Origin: Naegleria gruberi | Lineage: Eukaryota | NCBI GenBank assembly: GCA_000004985.1 | Contig: GG738847.1 | Direction: 5' to 3' (one strand) | DNA length: 64,000 bases | Shown here: piece after piece, positions 32,101 to 43,486 of the stretch | How the letters are laid out: each line of letters starts with the position of its first letter | How positions within the stretch are numbered: position 1 is the first letter of the stretch | Position numbers and translations under genes: made by a program | Notes under the pieces: generated by a model | What the model was told of the DNA's origin: nothing | Seen by the model: only the letters and a program-made list of their open reading frames with translations | Database searches by the model: none

Positions 32101-33969
32101 GAAACCGAAGAAGATCCAGAGGAAATTTCCGAAATCCTGAGAGCACAACAAAACATGGGAGATTATAAATTAAAATCAGCAGATGACTACATTGTTCCTG
32201 ATGGACAAAGAGTAACCACAGAGAAGAAACTTCGTCAAATTATCCTTTTGCAAGAGAGTATGCACACTCTTAGAATGGTTTTCAATGTTAGATTGTTGGG
32301 GTTGAGGGACTTGAAGGTTCGTCTCATTGAAAAGTTCAAGCATTACAATGAGAAAATCCAAGAAATCAATAACAAGATCTGTATTAATGAAAAACTCTAC
32401 GAACCAGAGCTAATGGACGAAGAGTACCCAGAAAAGAGAGAAAATATTTCAGTCTCTGAGATTGAAAATGACGATCAAGAAAGAGGGGATGATAAGTCGT
32501 ATGGTAAAAAAGGTGCAAAGACAGTACCAAAGCACAAAGAAAATCAAGACGATCCTAACACATCCAAGCTTTCAGAGCTCGAAAAGGCAGAGAAGGAAGC
32601 TGAATTCCAAAGACTTCTCTATGAAAAAAATAGATACTTGAGGAAACAAGACAAACAAATCGAGAGCTTTGATAATGCTATTGAAGATTTGAGAAGAGAA
32701 AAATTCAAACTTGATGGTGACCTTAAATCTGCAGACCTAAAGCTTTTGGTATTGTATAGAGAACTCAAGATTTTGAGAGAGTATGAGGTTAAAGACCTTA
32801 AAAAGATTCAAGAATTGCTTGTTAAAAAGCAGGAGAAGGCATCAATTCAAAATCAAATTGCTGAATGTCAAGAACAATTAAAGCAAAAGAAAAAGGAAGT
32901 TCAACAGATCAAAAAGCAAAAATACTTGATTCAAGAATTCCACACTCTTGTTCCTCAGAATTATCCAGCATATGCCGAACTTTGGAAGCTCTTCACCGGT
33001 AACGATCGAGACGATGATGATGAAAATCTTTCAGATGTTGTTTCTACTGATGGAGAAAAGAACAAAATTCCTTCTGGTTGCACCGAAGAACTCTATCATC
33101 AAATATTTGATTTGAAAGTTAGAAGAATTGAACAAGAAAAAGCTCTTAACTCAATTGACAAGGCAGCAAAAAGCATTAAAACAAAGAGAGAAGGTTTTCA
33201 AAAAATTGAAGCAAACATCATCAAGGAATTGAATAAGATTGAGGAATCTATCAGAGAAACACAAAAAGAGAAACAAAACAAGCTAAATGATTTGGAAACT
33301 ATTGTAGTGTTGAAGTTTAACCAAATTCAGTCATTGGTGCAAAATAAGATTGCTGCTGATCTTTCAGATCAAATTGTATTTACCAACAAGTCTCTACAGG
33401 CATTATTTGAAAGAATTAGAGAGCTTTCTAAAGAACGGGATCAACTTCGTACAAAATATATTGATCTTCAAAAGACACAAAGAGGCATGCTAAAGGAACA
33501 AAAGGGGTTGGAAGAAAAGTTCTCAACTGAGAAAGATAAAGTTAGAGAGGTTCAAATGCTCAAATTTGGAAAGGAAATTAATCTTGAGGAAATGGAAAAT
33601 GCCAAGATAGATCTGGAAGCTGAGGAAATTAAAGCTGAACTGTCTCTCAGAGAACAAGAATCTGCAAGAATATTGAAGGAATGGGACAATAAGATTACAG
33701 AATACAAACAAACAATGATCAAAATCAATACCGAAAATACTCAATTGCTCAACAGAATTTCCGAACTCAAAGGTCATCAAAAGAATTTGGAAGGTGAACT
33801 TAACACAGCACAAAACACAATCATCGAAAGAATGGAGAGAGCAATCACAACAACAAAGGATAATACTGAACTTTACAAGACGGTAATTAATCAACAAAAT
33901 AAGAAGATTGAAAGTGTTAAGAATGATATTGCAATGCTAACCTTCAAGGCTTCTTCACTTGGCTTTTAA
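29185..33969 (+). CDS. Large WD40-repeat plus coiled-coil protein of the CFAP43/CFAP44 family (cilia/flagella-associated).
   Basis: 1594 aa. The N-terminal 550 aa carry multiple WD40-like repeats (GxxDGxxxxWD patterns). The C-terminal about 900 aa is K/E-rich coiled coil. The architecture and size match CFAP43/44, but I cannot decide between the two. Confidence 0.5.
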   Translation: MSSNQLTDEQLEAQQEQKEMKEIENQLSKQQVAEKLYENICTLDHSFGFESLKRNNIQYLKENIVITSVGNTIQFIDIAESRYRWINVPGHGGIGALALHPSKKWVAIGEKSREKPNVYIYEITIESDIESISLKPIKTLKNGTLRAFSSMAFNSKGNRLATVGSSPDYLLTIWNWEQEKIALRYKAFGQDVYSVSFSATSEGQLTTSGTGHIKFWKMAKTFTGLKLKGQIGKFGKIDISDISSCVELPDGKVLSGCEDGYLLLWDENLIKCLLTNMGEKCHEKGIEVVIYDEKESVFITGGNDGYVRFWDFNMIDSAEPIDTNNIISIRPKRQIFIGEDVRVISLIRENDIWIIQDANGGFWKYPYLELDAQAIKIFSFHSGAVGGMLTSPTDHVAITGGEDGTLRLFDYFWAKKEVYSTKFQSGVSKMVWNPSFLDQTGTVFTAGFLDGSVRVLRRCEDSFALVSVFKPHKTKVNDFAYSKEDHLFVSCGDDSTVFFFDYTKQFSPIGYAKFTQPINSLMFSPDNTDLILFAQDGSILRMEKPDSSQIDTLKTFEFKPITKKINYSQYIKKEAPPKKVKNDDDSDDEEEIKEEVSEEQPSEIVWAKISKAGNLIISFERGEGIVEYDSSILTTRSSNEMIYPKRYICDYKSVCTSLTYSTDEKYFICGFRDGFVLFIQRETMKEFRGEYLHDCIFGEIVSAMTSFDSSFLLTVGREGCFFSQRVPQYETKQGEKPNLTFVAEEKVVDDLSPGQAVSIEEAREQEEQNKKQAAAEKRKEEKKKKIQMIKAKYMEIVKENEKRESDIKLSREELQVDTNLKERVLASNMKKLDETRQEMDWNSAKHDVALKKLKDHFIDCLDVERIDLKAFRSGKSVTSFKTRKLDEELKKEIEKVHKLINEEIGRKRAWKTIGDDSISAVEIKENSTPSVHSSNNRRRKTVMNNFEKQEMMKREKEERQRQRQTLLNRKPSETEEDPEEISEILRAQQNMGDYKLKSADDYIVPDGQRVTTEKKLRQIILLQESMHTLRMVFNVRLLGLRDLKVRLIEKFKHYNEKIQEINNKICINEKLYEPELMDEEYPEKRENISVSEIENDDQERGDDKSYGKKGAKTVPKHKENQDDPNTSKLSELEKAEKEAEFQRLLYEKNRYLRKQDKQIESFDNAIEDLRREKFKLDGDLKSADLKLLVLYRELKILREYEVKDLKKIQELLVKKQEKASIQNQIAECQEQLKQKKKEVQQIKKQKYLIQEFHTLVPQNYPAYAELWKLFTGNDRDDDDENLSDVVSTDGEKNKIPSGCTEELYHQIFDLKVRRIEQEKALNSIDKAAKSIKTKREGFQKIEANIIKELNKIEESIRETQKEKQNKLNDLETIVVLKFNQIQSLVQNKIAADLSDQIVFTNKSLQALFERIRELSKERDQLRTKYIDLQKTQRGMLKEQKGLEEKFSTEKDKVREVQMLKFGKEINLEEMENAKIDLEAEEIKAELSLREQESARILKEWDNKITEYKQTMIKINTENTQLLNRISELKGHQKNLEGELNTAQNTIIERMERAITTTKDNTELYKTVINQQNKKIESVKNDIAMLTFKASSLGF

Positions 33970-33996
33970 TATTCTTTCCAATAAATATCAGAAAAA

Positions 33997-36900
33997 ATGT
34001 CTCAACAACTCCAGCTTGAAATAAAAGGTGTTGTCGGCAATCTTCAATCATCAAAAGTAACAGATCGCAAAGTATGTTGTTCCTAGTTTTTTATGATCAA
34101 ACATTTTTAAAGAAAGGTATTGGCCAACTAAGAGACTTTGTAAATAGAAATCGGAATAATTTAACAGTACTGGACGAAAAGGAGTGGAGTGTAATTATCA
34201 AAAAAGCCTTTTTGGAATGTTTAGAAACAGAAATCAAGGCTAAAGCAAACAAATCATCAGGAACATTAAAATCAGAGTTTGCTGTTCCATGTAAGGAGAT
34301 TTTAACAACACTTATTGAGTATAGTAAAAGTGACAATCCCGAAGGTAAGTGTTTTAACTTTATAATAAATTTTGATCTGATGATGAATAGATGATAATTC
34401 CGACAATGATAAAACCTATCTACTCAATGCAAAAGTAATCAAAGATATAATTCAATTTATTTTAACAAATATTAATTTTAATGACAACAATAATAATGAT
34501 GATTCTAATAGAAGTTTTTGCTTCTCGGCTGTCAGTTGTGATATTTTGAAATCCATATTAGGCGTGCGTAAATATTCTTCCAAGATAACAAGTGGCCTTT
34601 TTGATGAATTACTTCAATCATTTGGAGATTTAATTATTGATGGAAAGCTTTCCATGGTTGATGCTAATCATTATGCATCATGTGTGGAGATGATCATATT
34701 GGAATATCCAAGAGAGTTCAGCGAATCTCAAAAGAAAGTAATGCTAGCATTATTTGAGGATTACTTTTTAGGAAAATCAAAGAATTGCGTTTATGACAAA
34801 GTTCAACTTCATTTGATAACAGCCTTAAATTATATTACAACTATACTGTCTTTTGATGATATTGATACATTTAGAAAGTTGGCAAACACTATTTGTTCTA
34901 AATTACTTGTATTATTTTCCACAACACACAACAATGAATATTTAAAAGTAAGTTTTAATTCTTTCCTTATTTATCATAATTATTGTAATGTAAAGATCGA
35001 GATTTTGAAATTTTTTAGAATAATTATAAATTTAAGAACAGAAGAAACAGAGCTTATTCTTGAAAATGATAATCTTATTGAATTCTACAATATTTTAAAG
35101 AATAGTTTGAATCAGACAAGGTACTTTTCGTATAATATTAAAAATATAAATACAAAGGAAGCAGAAATGAAGAAGAAAAATAGAGATATCTATTTTGAAG
35201 TCTGTGCAGACTGTATGAACCAGGTACTGATCTATGAGTCCACAAAAAAACCCTCCACTGACGAGGATTCCCAACACAAGTCACCAAGTAAGAGAATGAA
35301 GGTTCAGACTGTAAAAAGTGAAATAGTTCAAACTCTTTTAAATACCCCTCCAGAAAAAGAAGAAACCTCTAATTGGATCAAAGTGGTCTATATAATCATG
35401 AGCAAATACTATGGAAGGTTTTCAGACATTATGGAGTCTGAATTTGTTGAAAGGTTATTCACGATTGTAAAGGAGAGGTAAGTATTATATAACTTGGCTA
35501 CTGACTTTTTGAAAGAAAAATATTTGACGATGTTCATACAGAAATTCTGAAAATATTCAGAATTTGCCTTCTCAAAGAGGAAAAGATATCTTGGGGAAAT
35601 AGCTTATTCAATTTTCTAATTCAACTAGTGAAAAGGGAATCTAGTTATGTTATCAGGGAATCTATTTCCTTGTTAGCATTAATTTTAGAAAAAGTTGACG
35701 ACAATTTGGCATATGAGCCAGAATTCAATTTGCAAGTGTTAGAATCAAAATATTTCTCGAATAGTCAACACGTCTCCATAGAGTCATTACATTTGCTTGT
35801 AGTTTTATTCAAACAACATCACCTGAAAAGGAAATTTAAGGTTTTTGAGGATATGGGGTTACTAATGAAATGGGTTTGTGGAAGTTTAGATATTGGATAT
35901 GGTATTACTTTAGATATGGAAATAGTTTCAAAATTTTTTGTTACTATTTTGTCTACTGATGGAAATATTCAACCATTTAAAGATTCCATATTTAAAAAGT
36001 ATCTGGATTACAAAAGTTCTCTTGAACAATATAATTTACTAGATATATTGAAGGGTAGAGATGAATTGGATTCATCTTCTTCGGAAAACGATAGACCTTT
36101 CGATAGTTCCAATCTGGAAAAGTTTTCCATAACTATGAATGGTTTGGCAAAAAATTTGGCAAGAGATTCTAAATCCGAGTCATCAGAAAACTTTAAACGT
36201 TTGACAAAGATTCTTGAGATGGTTCATTTACTCACAACAATGACCATTGAAAACAGGTCGCTTTTAAGTAATAGAATATTCTCAAAAGTCTACGTTGATA
36301 TTCACAATTTAGTAATTGAATTTTTAAAGGATAGCTTCAAGTCAAAAGAGTTCGAGACAATTCAGTGGGATGCTATACTGGATAAATTGTCAGCAACACT
36401 TGTGAATGAAAAGAATTCAAGACATGATGGTGTTATACTCACATGGTCCTTGCTTGTACAGGAATTAGTATTGCCATTAGTTAAAAAAGCTGTTGAAGGC
36501 TTGAATATCTCAAGAAACTCATCAAATGATGATGGCTTTATGATTGATGATACTCCTTCATCAAAGAATGAAGAGAAACCTATTTGCAGAAGTCTTATTA
36601 ACAATGGGCTTAATTTTACTGGCTATATGCTCACATACAACCCAAATATACAAACGAAGGCAGTTGAAGAGTTGAATACTATTTTCGAATCTTCAACAGA
36701 GATGTTTGTCAAGTTTGGTATTTGTAACATATTGGCCAAAACTGGTAACTCTGCAATGATCACTAATTGCCTTGAAATTATTCCTAGATCTATTGGAGAT
36801 AACAAGAGTTGGAGAAATGTAATGGAAATATTATCCACAATGGCAAACTTTATAGAGGACACACATGTGGCTCCTTTTTCAGAGTTATTAAGCTCACTTT

Positions 36901-39900
36901 TGGACGTATACGAAAAGGATTTCTTCGATAGAGATTCAACTATTTCTCTAGCAAGAGCAGTTGTTTCAGCCTCTAAAATTTCTGAGAAATTTAAAGAGTT
37001 GGAGACTTTCAAAAAAACTTGCAAAGAATTCTTATTTAGTGATAAATTTTTCCCTAGATTAATAATGAGTGAAAGACTGTACGATTGGGCTTCTGTTTCA
37101 AGTATAGATTCTTTGGTGGATGAGTTAATTGAAATTCTCGAGCGTCCAACAGATAAGCTCAAAATAAGAACTTGCCTGCTTTCACTTAGCTTTACAACTG
37201 ATCCGACCCTTTCCAAGAAGATTATTTTACGATTACTTTCATGCTATGCCAACGAGGAATTTAAAGAAAAGGAGCTTGCTAAGGTGACTATGTCTAAAAT
37301 AGCTGGTGGCGATATATCAGGATTTTTGAGAACCAACCTTAGAGAAATAATACTGGGTTGGGTTCAAAAAAAGACAGACTTTTCCTCATTTCCTTATGAA
37401 TTGTTTGGAGAAAAGTCTTTGGGGCCATTTTTGATTAATAATGCTTTTGACATACTTCCTATTCTGTTTACTCAAACTCAACTCAAAACTTTCGAAGGAA
37501 TCTGTTCCTGTATTAACATGGATCTCAAGTCTATTTTGAGAAAATACTTTTGTTATGTATTCCCATATTGTCTGTCCAGATGTTTTAGTGATAGGTCATT
37601 GATCAAATCTATTATTGAGGAAAAAATAAGGGGAACCTTAGGAGCAGAAGTAGACACATTAATACGAAAGAATATCACAGACATTTTACTAGAAACATTA
37701 TTTTTGTTGTCGGAAAAACCAGATAATGTACTTACATTTGGAAAAGATATGATTTTCAAAACATTGTCTGATCTTTCTAAGAATGCAGAAAAAAAAGACG
37801 TAGAAAAACTTTTAAACCAAGATTTACACAAAACTCTAAATATGATTACCAATATTTTCGAATTACTTTCTAAAAAGAAGAATGAGAGCAGTAGAAGTTT
37901 TTATATTTTCAAGACATTTGTTCTTGAAGTAATGGGATCCAACTTGCAAGTACCTATACTTTTGAGAAGTGTTATTACAGTAGCACTGTTTTGTACTTCG
38001 TATTGTGAGCTGTTCGAGCCAAGTTGTTCTTTAATATTCGAAATTTGCTCGAGAATTTTGGATGCAAATAATTCCGTAGCGTTGACAGAATTACAATTAA
38101 CTTATCCTAAAATAAGAAACCGATTGATTGAAATAGTTTCCAAAGGAACTGGATCACCAACACCAATGAAAACATTAATGCTTTTGGTTTCTTCTCCATC
38201 AATGGTACCAGCTGTTGCAAAGACTGAACCGTTTCCTAGTCAAGAAATTTTCAAGGAACTGAATGTATGTCAACAGAAAATTCAAGGAACAGAAAATTTC
38301 TTCACTCAAATTGGAAACATTTTGGCAAGCGAAAATTTATCTACATTCAGCTTTACCTATGTTTCCAGGTTAATCAAAACCCATAGACTCTCACTCATGA
38401 ACGTTCTAGCCCAACAAGACAAGAAAGCCTCAATTTTGGAGGAGTATTTCAACAAATTAATTTCCAAACTAATTGGAGCTTGCTCAACAGAGAGTACAGA
38501 CGAATGGAAAGAGCTAGCAACAGTGGCTTTAGGAAATCTTGGTCTTGTACAAAATATTGAGACTTCAAAGTTAATCGACAAATCATTTATTGATGAGATA
38601 GACAATGATCCAAATGTTACAAACAAATCTTCATCATGGCTCTCTGAAATAATCAAACAGTCAAAAGCTAGAATACTCCTTACTCTGAACGGATATATTT
38701 GTGAAAATAACGTTGAAGTAGTCAAACTGGCATTGAAAACCCTACACCACATTCTTATTTCTTCTAAAAGTAGTATGGAAAAAATTCCAAATGACAAGAA
38801 GCATTACTTTGACCCTTTTGTAAATGCTGATCCAAACTATGTATATATTCCACACATAGCAACTGGACCAATAGAAACAGATGTTACTCTTGTTGCTGAT
38901 AATTCCAAAGAGATTTTTGACACCAATGACAAGTCTCATGAGCAGTGGTTATCCCAAGTCATTGAGCTTGTTCTAACCAAAACTGCAGATCCTGTACTTG
39001 GTCTGTGCAGAGATATATGTAAAAAGAAAGTCAAATTTGCAGAGATGATTTTCATCTTATCTTTGTTAGATTTTGCGACTGGAGCTCAATCTAACAAACT
39101 TAACAAAGAGTTCTCTCCTTTGATAGAATCAGTTCTGGTCAATGAAAATACCAAATCTGAAACTATCAAACTTATAGTAATGGCTCTAGATTTATTACAC
39201 AGACACTATAGATTCATGGTAAATCAGAAGCAAATCAAATCTAAAACAACAGTATCCAACTGCTTTTTTAATATTCCTTATTCAACTATTGCAAAGGCAG
39301 CAGCAAGGGCAGGAATTACATTTTCTTCTTTGATGTTTTCAGAATTATCATTTGAAAAAGATAATCTATTGTCATTCATGGATCAGTTGCCTATTGAATT
39401 CGAAGAATCGGCCAATGATAGTCAAAAATTATTGCTTTCAATTTACAAATCTATAGATGATCCTGATTGTATTTATGGAGCTACCAAAAGTTATGGAGTG
39501 CAATCAAAAATTTTGTTGGGTGAGAAGGAAGGTGATTGGACAAACACCTTAGGTCTTTATGATACTTCCGTATTGGAAAAATCTACCTCTGTGATTGGTG
39601 TTTTAGATTCATTGAAAAATATGGGACTTGATAGAGTATCATCATTAATTTTAAAGAGCATTCAATCAGATGCATTGGATAACCCTCAAGTCAGAGAACA
39701 ATTTTTCGAAAATCGTTGGAAAACATTAACTATTGATAATTTGGAAAGATATTCTTCACATTCAAGTAATATAACTGGATTCAATGAAACAGTTTTCAAT
39801 TCTCTTTATGCTTTGGTAAAAGGTGATTCTGCACTCTTCAAAGAAACATTATCAAACCATAGAAAATATATTTCAAACATTATCAGTGTAGGAAATGCTC

Positions 39901-42473
39901 AATCAAATTTGGCCAAATTACAAGTCCTTTCAGAATTAGAAATAGCATGGTCCCTGAAGTGGACAGAAATTGGAAATGTTGCACTCAAGGAAAATGATAT
40001 TATTGATAACAATTTGGGTTTGTTCATGGGAACTAATGGAATTAAGAATGATTCTTTCACTGAAGTTGAAACCTTGGTAAACTTTAGAGCTTCTCTTTTA
40101 CGTGCCTTGAAGAAAAATGAACTGGCCATCAAGCATGAAAGTGAATTTATTTCAATTGCAAGAAAGGAAGGCCAATTTACATTGGCCACTAATTTAGCAA
40201 ATAGATTATCAGTACAAATGCAAAGTGGAAGTACACCTCCATCAATTTTAGAAGAAGCCAAGATTTTATGGAGTTCAGGCGACACTTCTGGGGCTATTCA
40301 CATTCTCAGATTTTTAATTCAACAATTGGAAAAGAGAAAACAACATGATTCTCCACTCTACTTCAAGGCATGCTATTTGTTGGGTAAATGGTTAGGAGAT
40401 AGCAAAACTGACTCTTATGAAAATATTATACGATTTTTACAATTTTCTAAAGAGAAGGCTTCAAGCAAGGCAAAAGCCTGCTTCCAAATGGGAAAGTATA
40501 TTGACTCTCTCTATCAAAATATTGTCAGAAAGCAAAATAGTGAAGACAGCAAATCATATAGAGAATTATTGGAGAAAAACAAAGAACTCTACCAACAATA
40601 TGCCCAAAAGAGAAAGGAATTAAATGACAAGGACGTAACTTCGGATTTTAGGAGCAAGATGAACCACTTGCAAAAGATTACAGATTTGGATCAAAAAGAA
40701 CAGGTTTTAATTCAAAGTAGACAAGAGGAATTTAGAACTCTTGTTCTTGAAAATTATTTGCTGGCCTCTTCCACTAATGATAATTATGATTTTGTGACAA
40801 TACCAAGAATTTTGAATATTTGGTTTTCAAATTCCACAAATGAGAAAGTCAACCAATCTGTTTATCAAATGACTGTTAAAGGACCAGTTCCCTCCCATAA
40901 GTTTATCCCTCTCTTTTATCAAATAGCTTCCAGAATGGGTTATTTTGCTGAAGAGTGTCTTTTCAATAATGTTGTCATGCATCTATTATTCAAAATAGCA
41001 AAGGAACACCCATATCATACATTACCTCTCATTCTTCAAATTAGAAATGCTGACCAATCCTCCAAGACTACCTCAGCCAAAGCATCATACAAGCCAGATC
41101 CAAATAAGATAAAGGCTGCCAATACTCTAATTGACAAGTTGAAGAAAGAAAACAAGCAATTAATTGAAAGTTATGCCACTCTTATGGATGCCTATATTCA
41201 GCTTGCCTTCCTCCAACTTAGTGAAGAACAAAAGAGAGAGCAATCAACCCCTAAGAAACTAAGTTCTCAGCTCTTAATAACCAATATCAAGAGACCTGTA
41301 ATTCCTATTCTTACTGCTGATGTTCCAATTTGTGCACATGATGCATATAATCTCAAAGACATACCATTTATTGAGAACTTTTCCCAAAACTTTAGTCTTG
41401 CTGGAGGTATTAACTTACCAAAGATTATTTCATGTGTAGCTTCCAATGGCCAAGTTTATAGGCAATTAGTGAAAGGTAATGATGATATGAGACAAGATCA
41501 CGTTATTGAACAACTCTTTGCGATTGCCAATAGTTTACTCAAAAAGGATAAGGAAACAAGAAGAAGAAAATTGTTGATAAGAACTTACAAAGTAATTCCA
41601 ACCTCACCAACAAGCGGTATTTTAGGATTTGTTGAAAATACTCAACCTATGGCAACACTTTTAATTGGAAACAATGAGCAAGATTATCCTCAAAGTTTGC
41701 ACGGAAAATACAGACCTCAAGATAAGACAAATAGTGAAGTGAGAAGAACAATGTTTGGTCTGGAGAAGAAAGCAGACGCTGCCACAAGAATCAACAACTT
41801 TGTAGAGATTTGCAATAACTTTAAACCAGCTTTCCATCACTTTTTCCTTTCCCAATTTCCAAATCCTTCTGATTGGTTCGAAAAGAGACAAGCCTACACA
41901 AAATCCGTTGCATCTATTAGTATGCTCGGTTATGTCATTGGTTTGGGAGATAGACACTTGAATAATATTCTTATCGATCAGTCTACAGGAGAGGCTGTTC
42001 ATATTGATTTGGGTATTTGCTTTGAGCAAGGAAAATATTTACCAATTCCTGAGCTTGTTCCTTTCAGATTGACTAGAGATGTTATTGATGGATTTGGAGT
42101 TTCAGGTATTGAGGGTACTTTTAAGAATTGTTGTTATGCTACCATGACAGTTCTCAGAAATAATGTTGAAGCTCTTTCATTAGTGATTGAAGTATTCTTG
42201 CACGATCCTTTGTATAGATGGGCTCTTTCTCCATTGGAAGGTTATGCAGTTCAGAAGTCTAAAAAAACCTCCTATGTTGTCGAATCATCCTCCTCAACCA
42301 CCAAAAACAATAGAGATGCTGAGAGAGCTCTTATAAGATTGAAAGAAAAATTACTTGGTCAAGAGGATGGAGAACTTTTAGGTGTAAAAGGTCAAGTTAA
42401 CAAACTCATAAGTGAAGCAACAGCAATTGACAAGCTTGGTGTCATGTTTTCTGGTTGGTCACCTTTCTTGTAA
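33997..42473 (+). CDS. ATM: ATM/Tel1 PI3K-like protein kinase (TAN motif, FAT, PI3K catalytic and FATC domains). Four exons: 33997..34071, 34113..34344, 34391..35477, 35516..42473.
   Basis: Catalytic loop and DFG region GLGDRHLNNILIDQSTGEAVHIDLGICFEQGKYLPIPELVPFRLTRD is ATM-type (FEQGK). The FATC ends ...GWSPFL. N-terminal TAN-like motif present. Introns are 41, 46 and 38 nt; phases close to about 2783 aa. The ATG lies only 27 nt after the upstream gene's stop codon. Confidence 0.85.
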
Positions 42474-42503
42474 GATATCCAAAGTTGATAAATATTTTAT
42501 TAT

Positions 42504-43082
42504 TTAAGGTTTTTTAAATAATCCTTTCAACTTGTCATATCTTTCCTTTCCCATAGAACTTTCACAAAATTTACAATCCTTCATCAAATCGTCCATTGAA
42601 GCTGGTTGAAAATCAATACCATCATCTTTCTCGTTGGATGGTGACAGCCATTTCAAATCATCCTCATTTGCATTTGGCTCATCAATAATCATTGTTGTGG
42701 AAAAATCATTTGCATCATCATCCTCCTCCACAAGCCACCTCTTCCAAGCACTTTGGCAATCAGGTACAATTGGTTTTCCGATTTTTTCATTTACTTCATT
42801 GTGACGTTCACACAACCAGATAGAGAGAGCTTCTCTACTTTGTGATTGTACTGGATATTTCTGAATACTCTCAGCAAAATCCTTGGCACACCATCTACAA
42901 GGATAAAACTCTGCAATTCTATAGAATAATTGTTTAATATGTGATTGTTGTTGTTGTGTTGGTTTCTTTGGATATTGTGCTGCCACCGTGTGCATAAAAG
43001 CCCACGTAGAAGCTCCCAAATTATCTTGTAATTTACGATGAGCAGCATCGTTTGATTGTTGTTCCGATGATGAATTACTCAT
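42504..43082 (-). CDS. ERV1: FAD-linked sulfhydryl oxidase of the Erv1/ALR (GFER) family.
   Basis: ERV/ALR core with redox CxxC (WAFMHTVAAQYP...FYPCRWCAKDFAESI...LSIWLCERHNEVNEK). 192 aa. Its stop lies 30 bp from the ATM stop, in convergent orientation. Confidence 0.85.
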   Translation of the reverse strand: MSNSSSEQQSNDAAHRKLQDNLGASTWAFMHTVAAQYPKKPTQQQQSHIKQLFYRIAEFYPCRWCAKDFAESIQKYPVQSQSREALSIWLCERHNEVNEKIGKPIVPDCQSAWKRWLVEEDDDANDFSTTMIIDEPNANEDDLKWLSPSNEKDDGIDFQPASMDDLMKDCKFCESSMGKERYDKLKGLFKKP

Positions 43083-43486
43083 TTCCGATCTTCAAAATTG
43101 TTATTTTACCACTTGGCAATTTAAAGCTATTTTTTTGATTGAATTCTGCCTCATCTAATTTTATCTTTGTTAAACAATTTGATTCAAACCTTAGAAAATA
43201 ATCTATTGTAAGTTTCCAGAAATATCTAACAATGTCTCTGCTCTTCATTACGACCTATTTTGAATTAAAATTTTGTTGTAAAATTACAATTCCGACACGC
43301 ACATTTTATGGAAACATGCCTTCCAAAAATAGGGCCTGAATATTCTTTAGAAAAAATACGTTTGTTGCCGCCAAAGCATTCAAAGGAAGGTGCCTTAATA
43401 TATTATATCATCATCATCATAAAGGATCCACTTCATAGTAGGATTAAACAACAACACGACCTTCTATCATAATTATTTTACATAAT

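Noticed and set aside
33960-34000. Spliced-leader trans-splicing / operon organisation suggested by TATCAG immediately before the ATM ATG.
   Set aside because: Other gene starts in the window (7761, 9326, 2023, 19773) have no comparable AG acceptor within about 25 nt of the ATG. There is no consistent signal. I report only the compaction itself.
34072-34086. A 15-nt candidate intron (GTATGTTGTTCCTAG) at the first ATM splice site.
   Set aside because: It is far shorter than every other intron in the window (38-115 nt). The alternative acceptor at 34111-34112 gives a 41-nt intron that keeps the frame and reproduces the conserved ATM TAN-motif region.
36362-38797. Several antisense ORFs of 80-197 aa inside the ATM coding region, for example 36623..37216 (-) and 38357..38797 (-). 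Similar ones occur inside the CFAP43/44 gene (29857..30186) and the ZC2HC1-like gene (51172..51779).
   Set aside because: They lie wholly antisense to long, well-supported CDSs and are low-complexity (S/L/I/F-rich). This is expected from the A/purine-rich sense-strand codon bias. No domain similarity.
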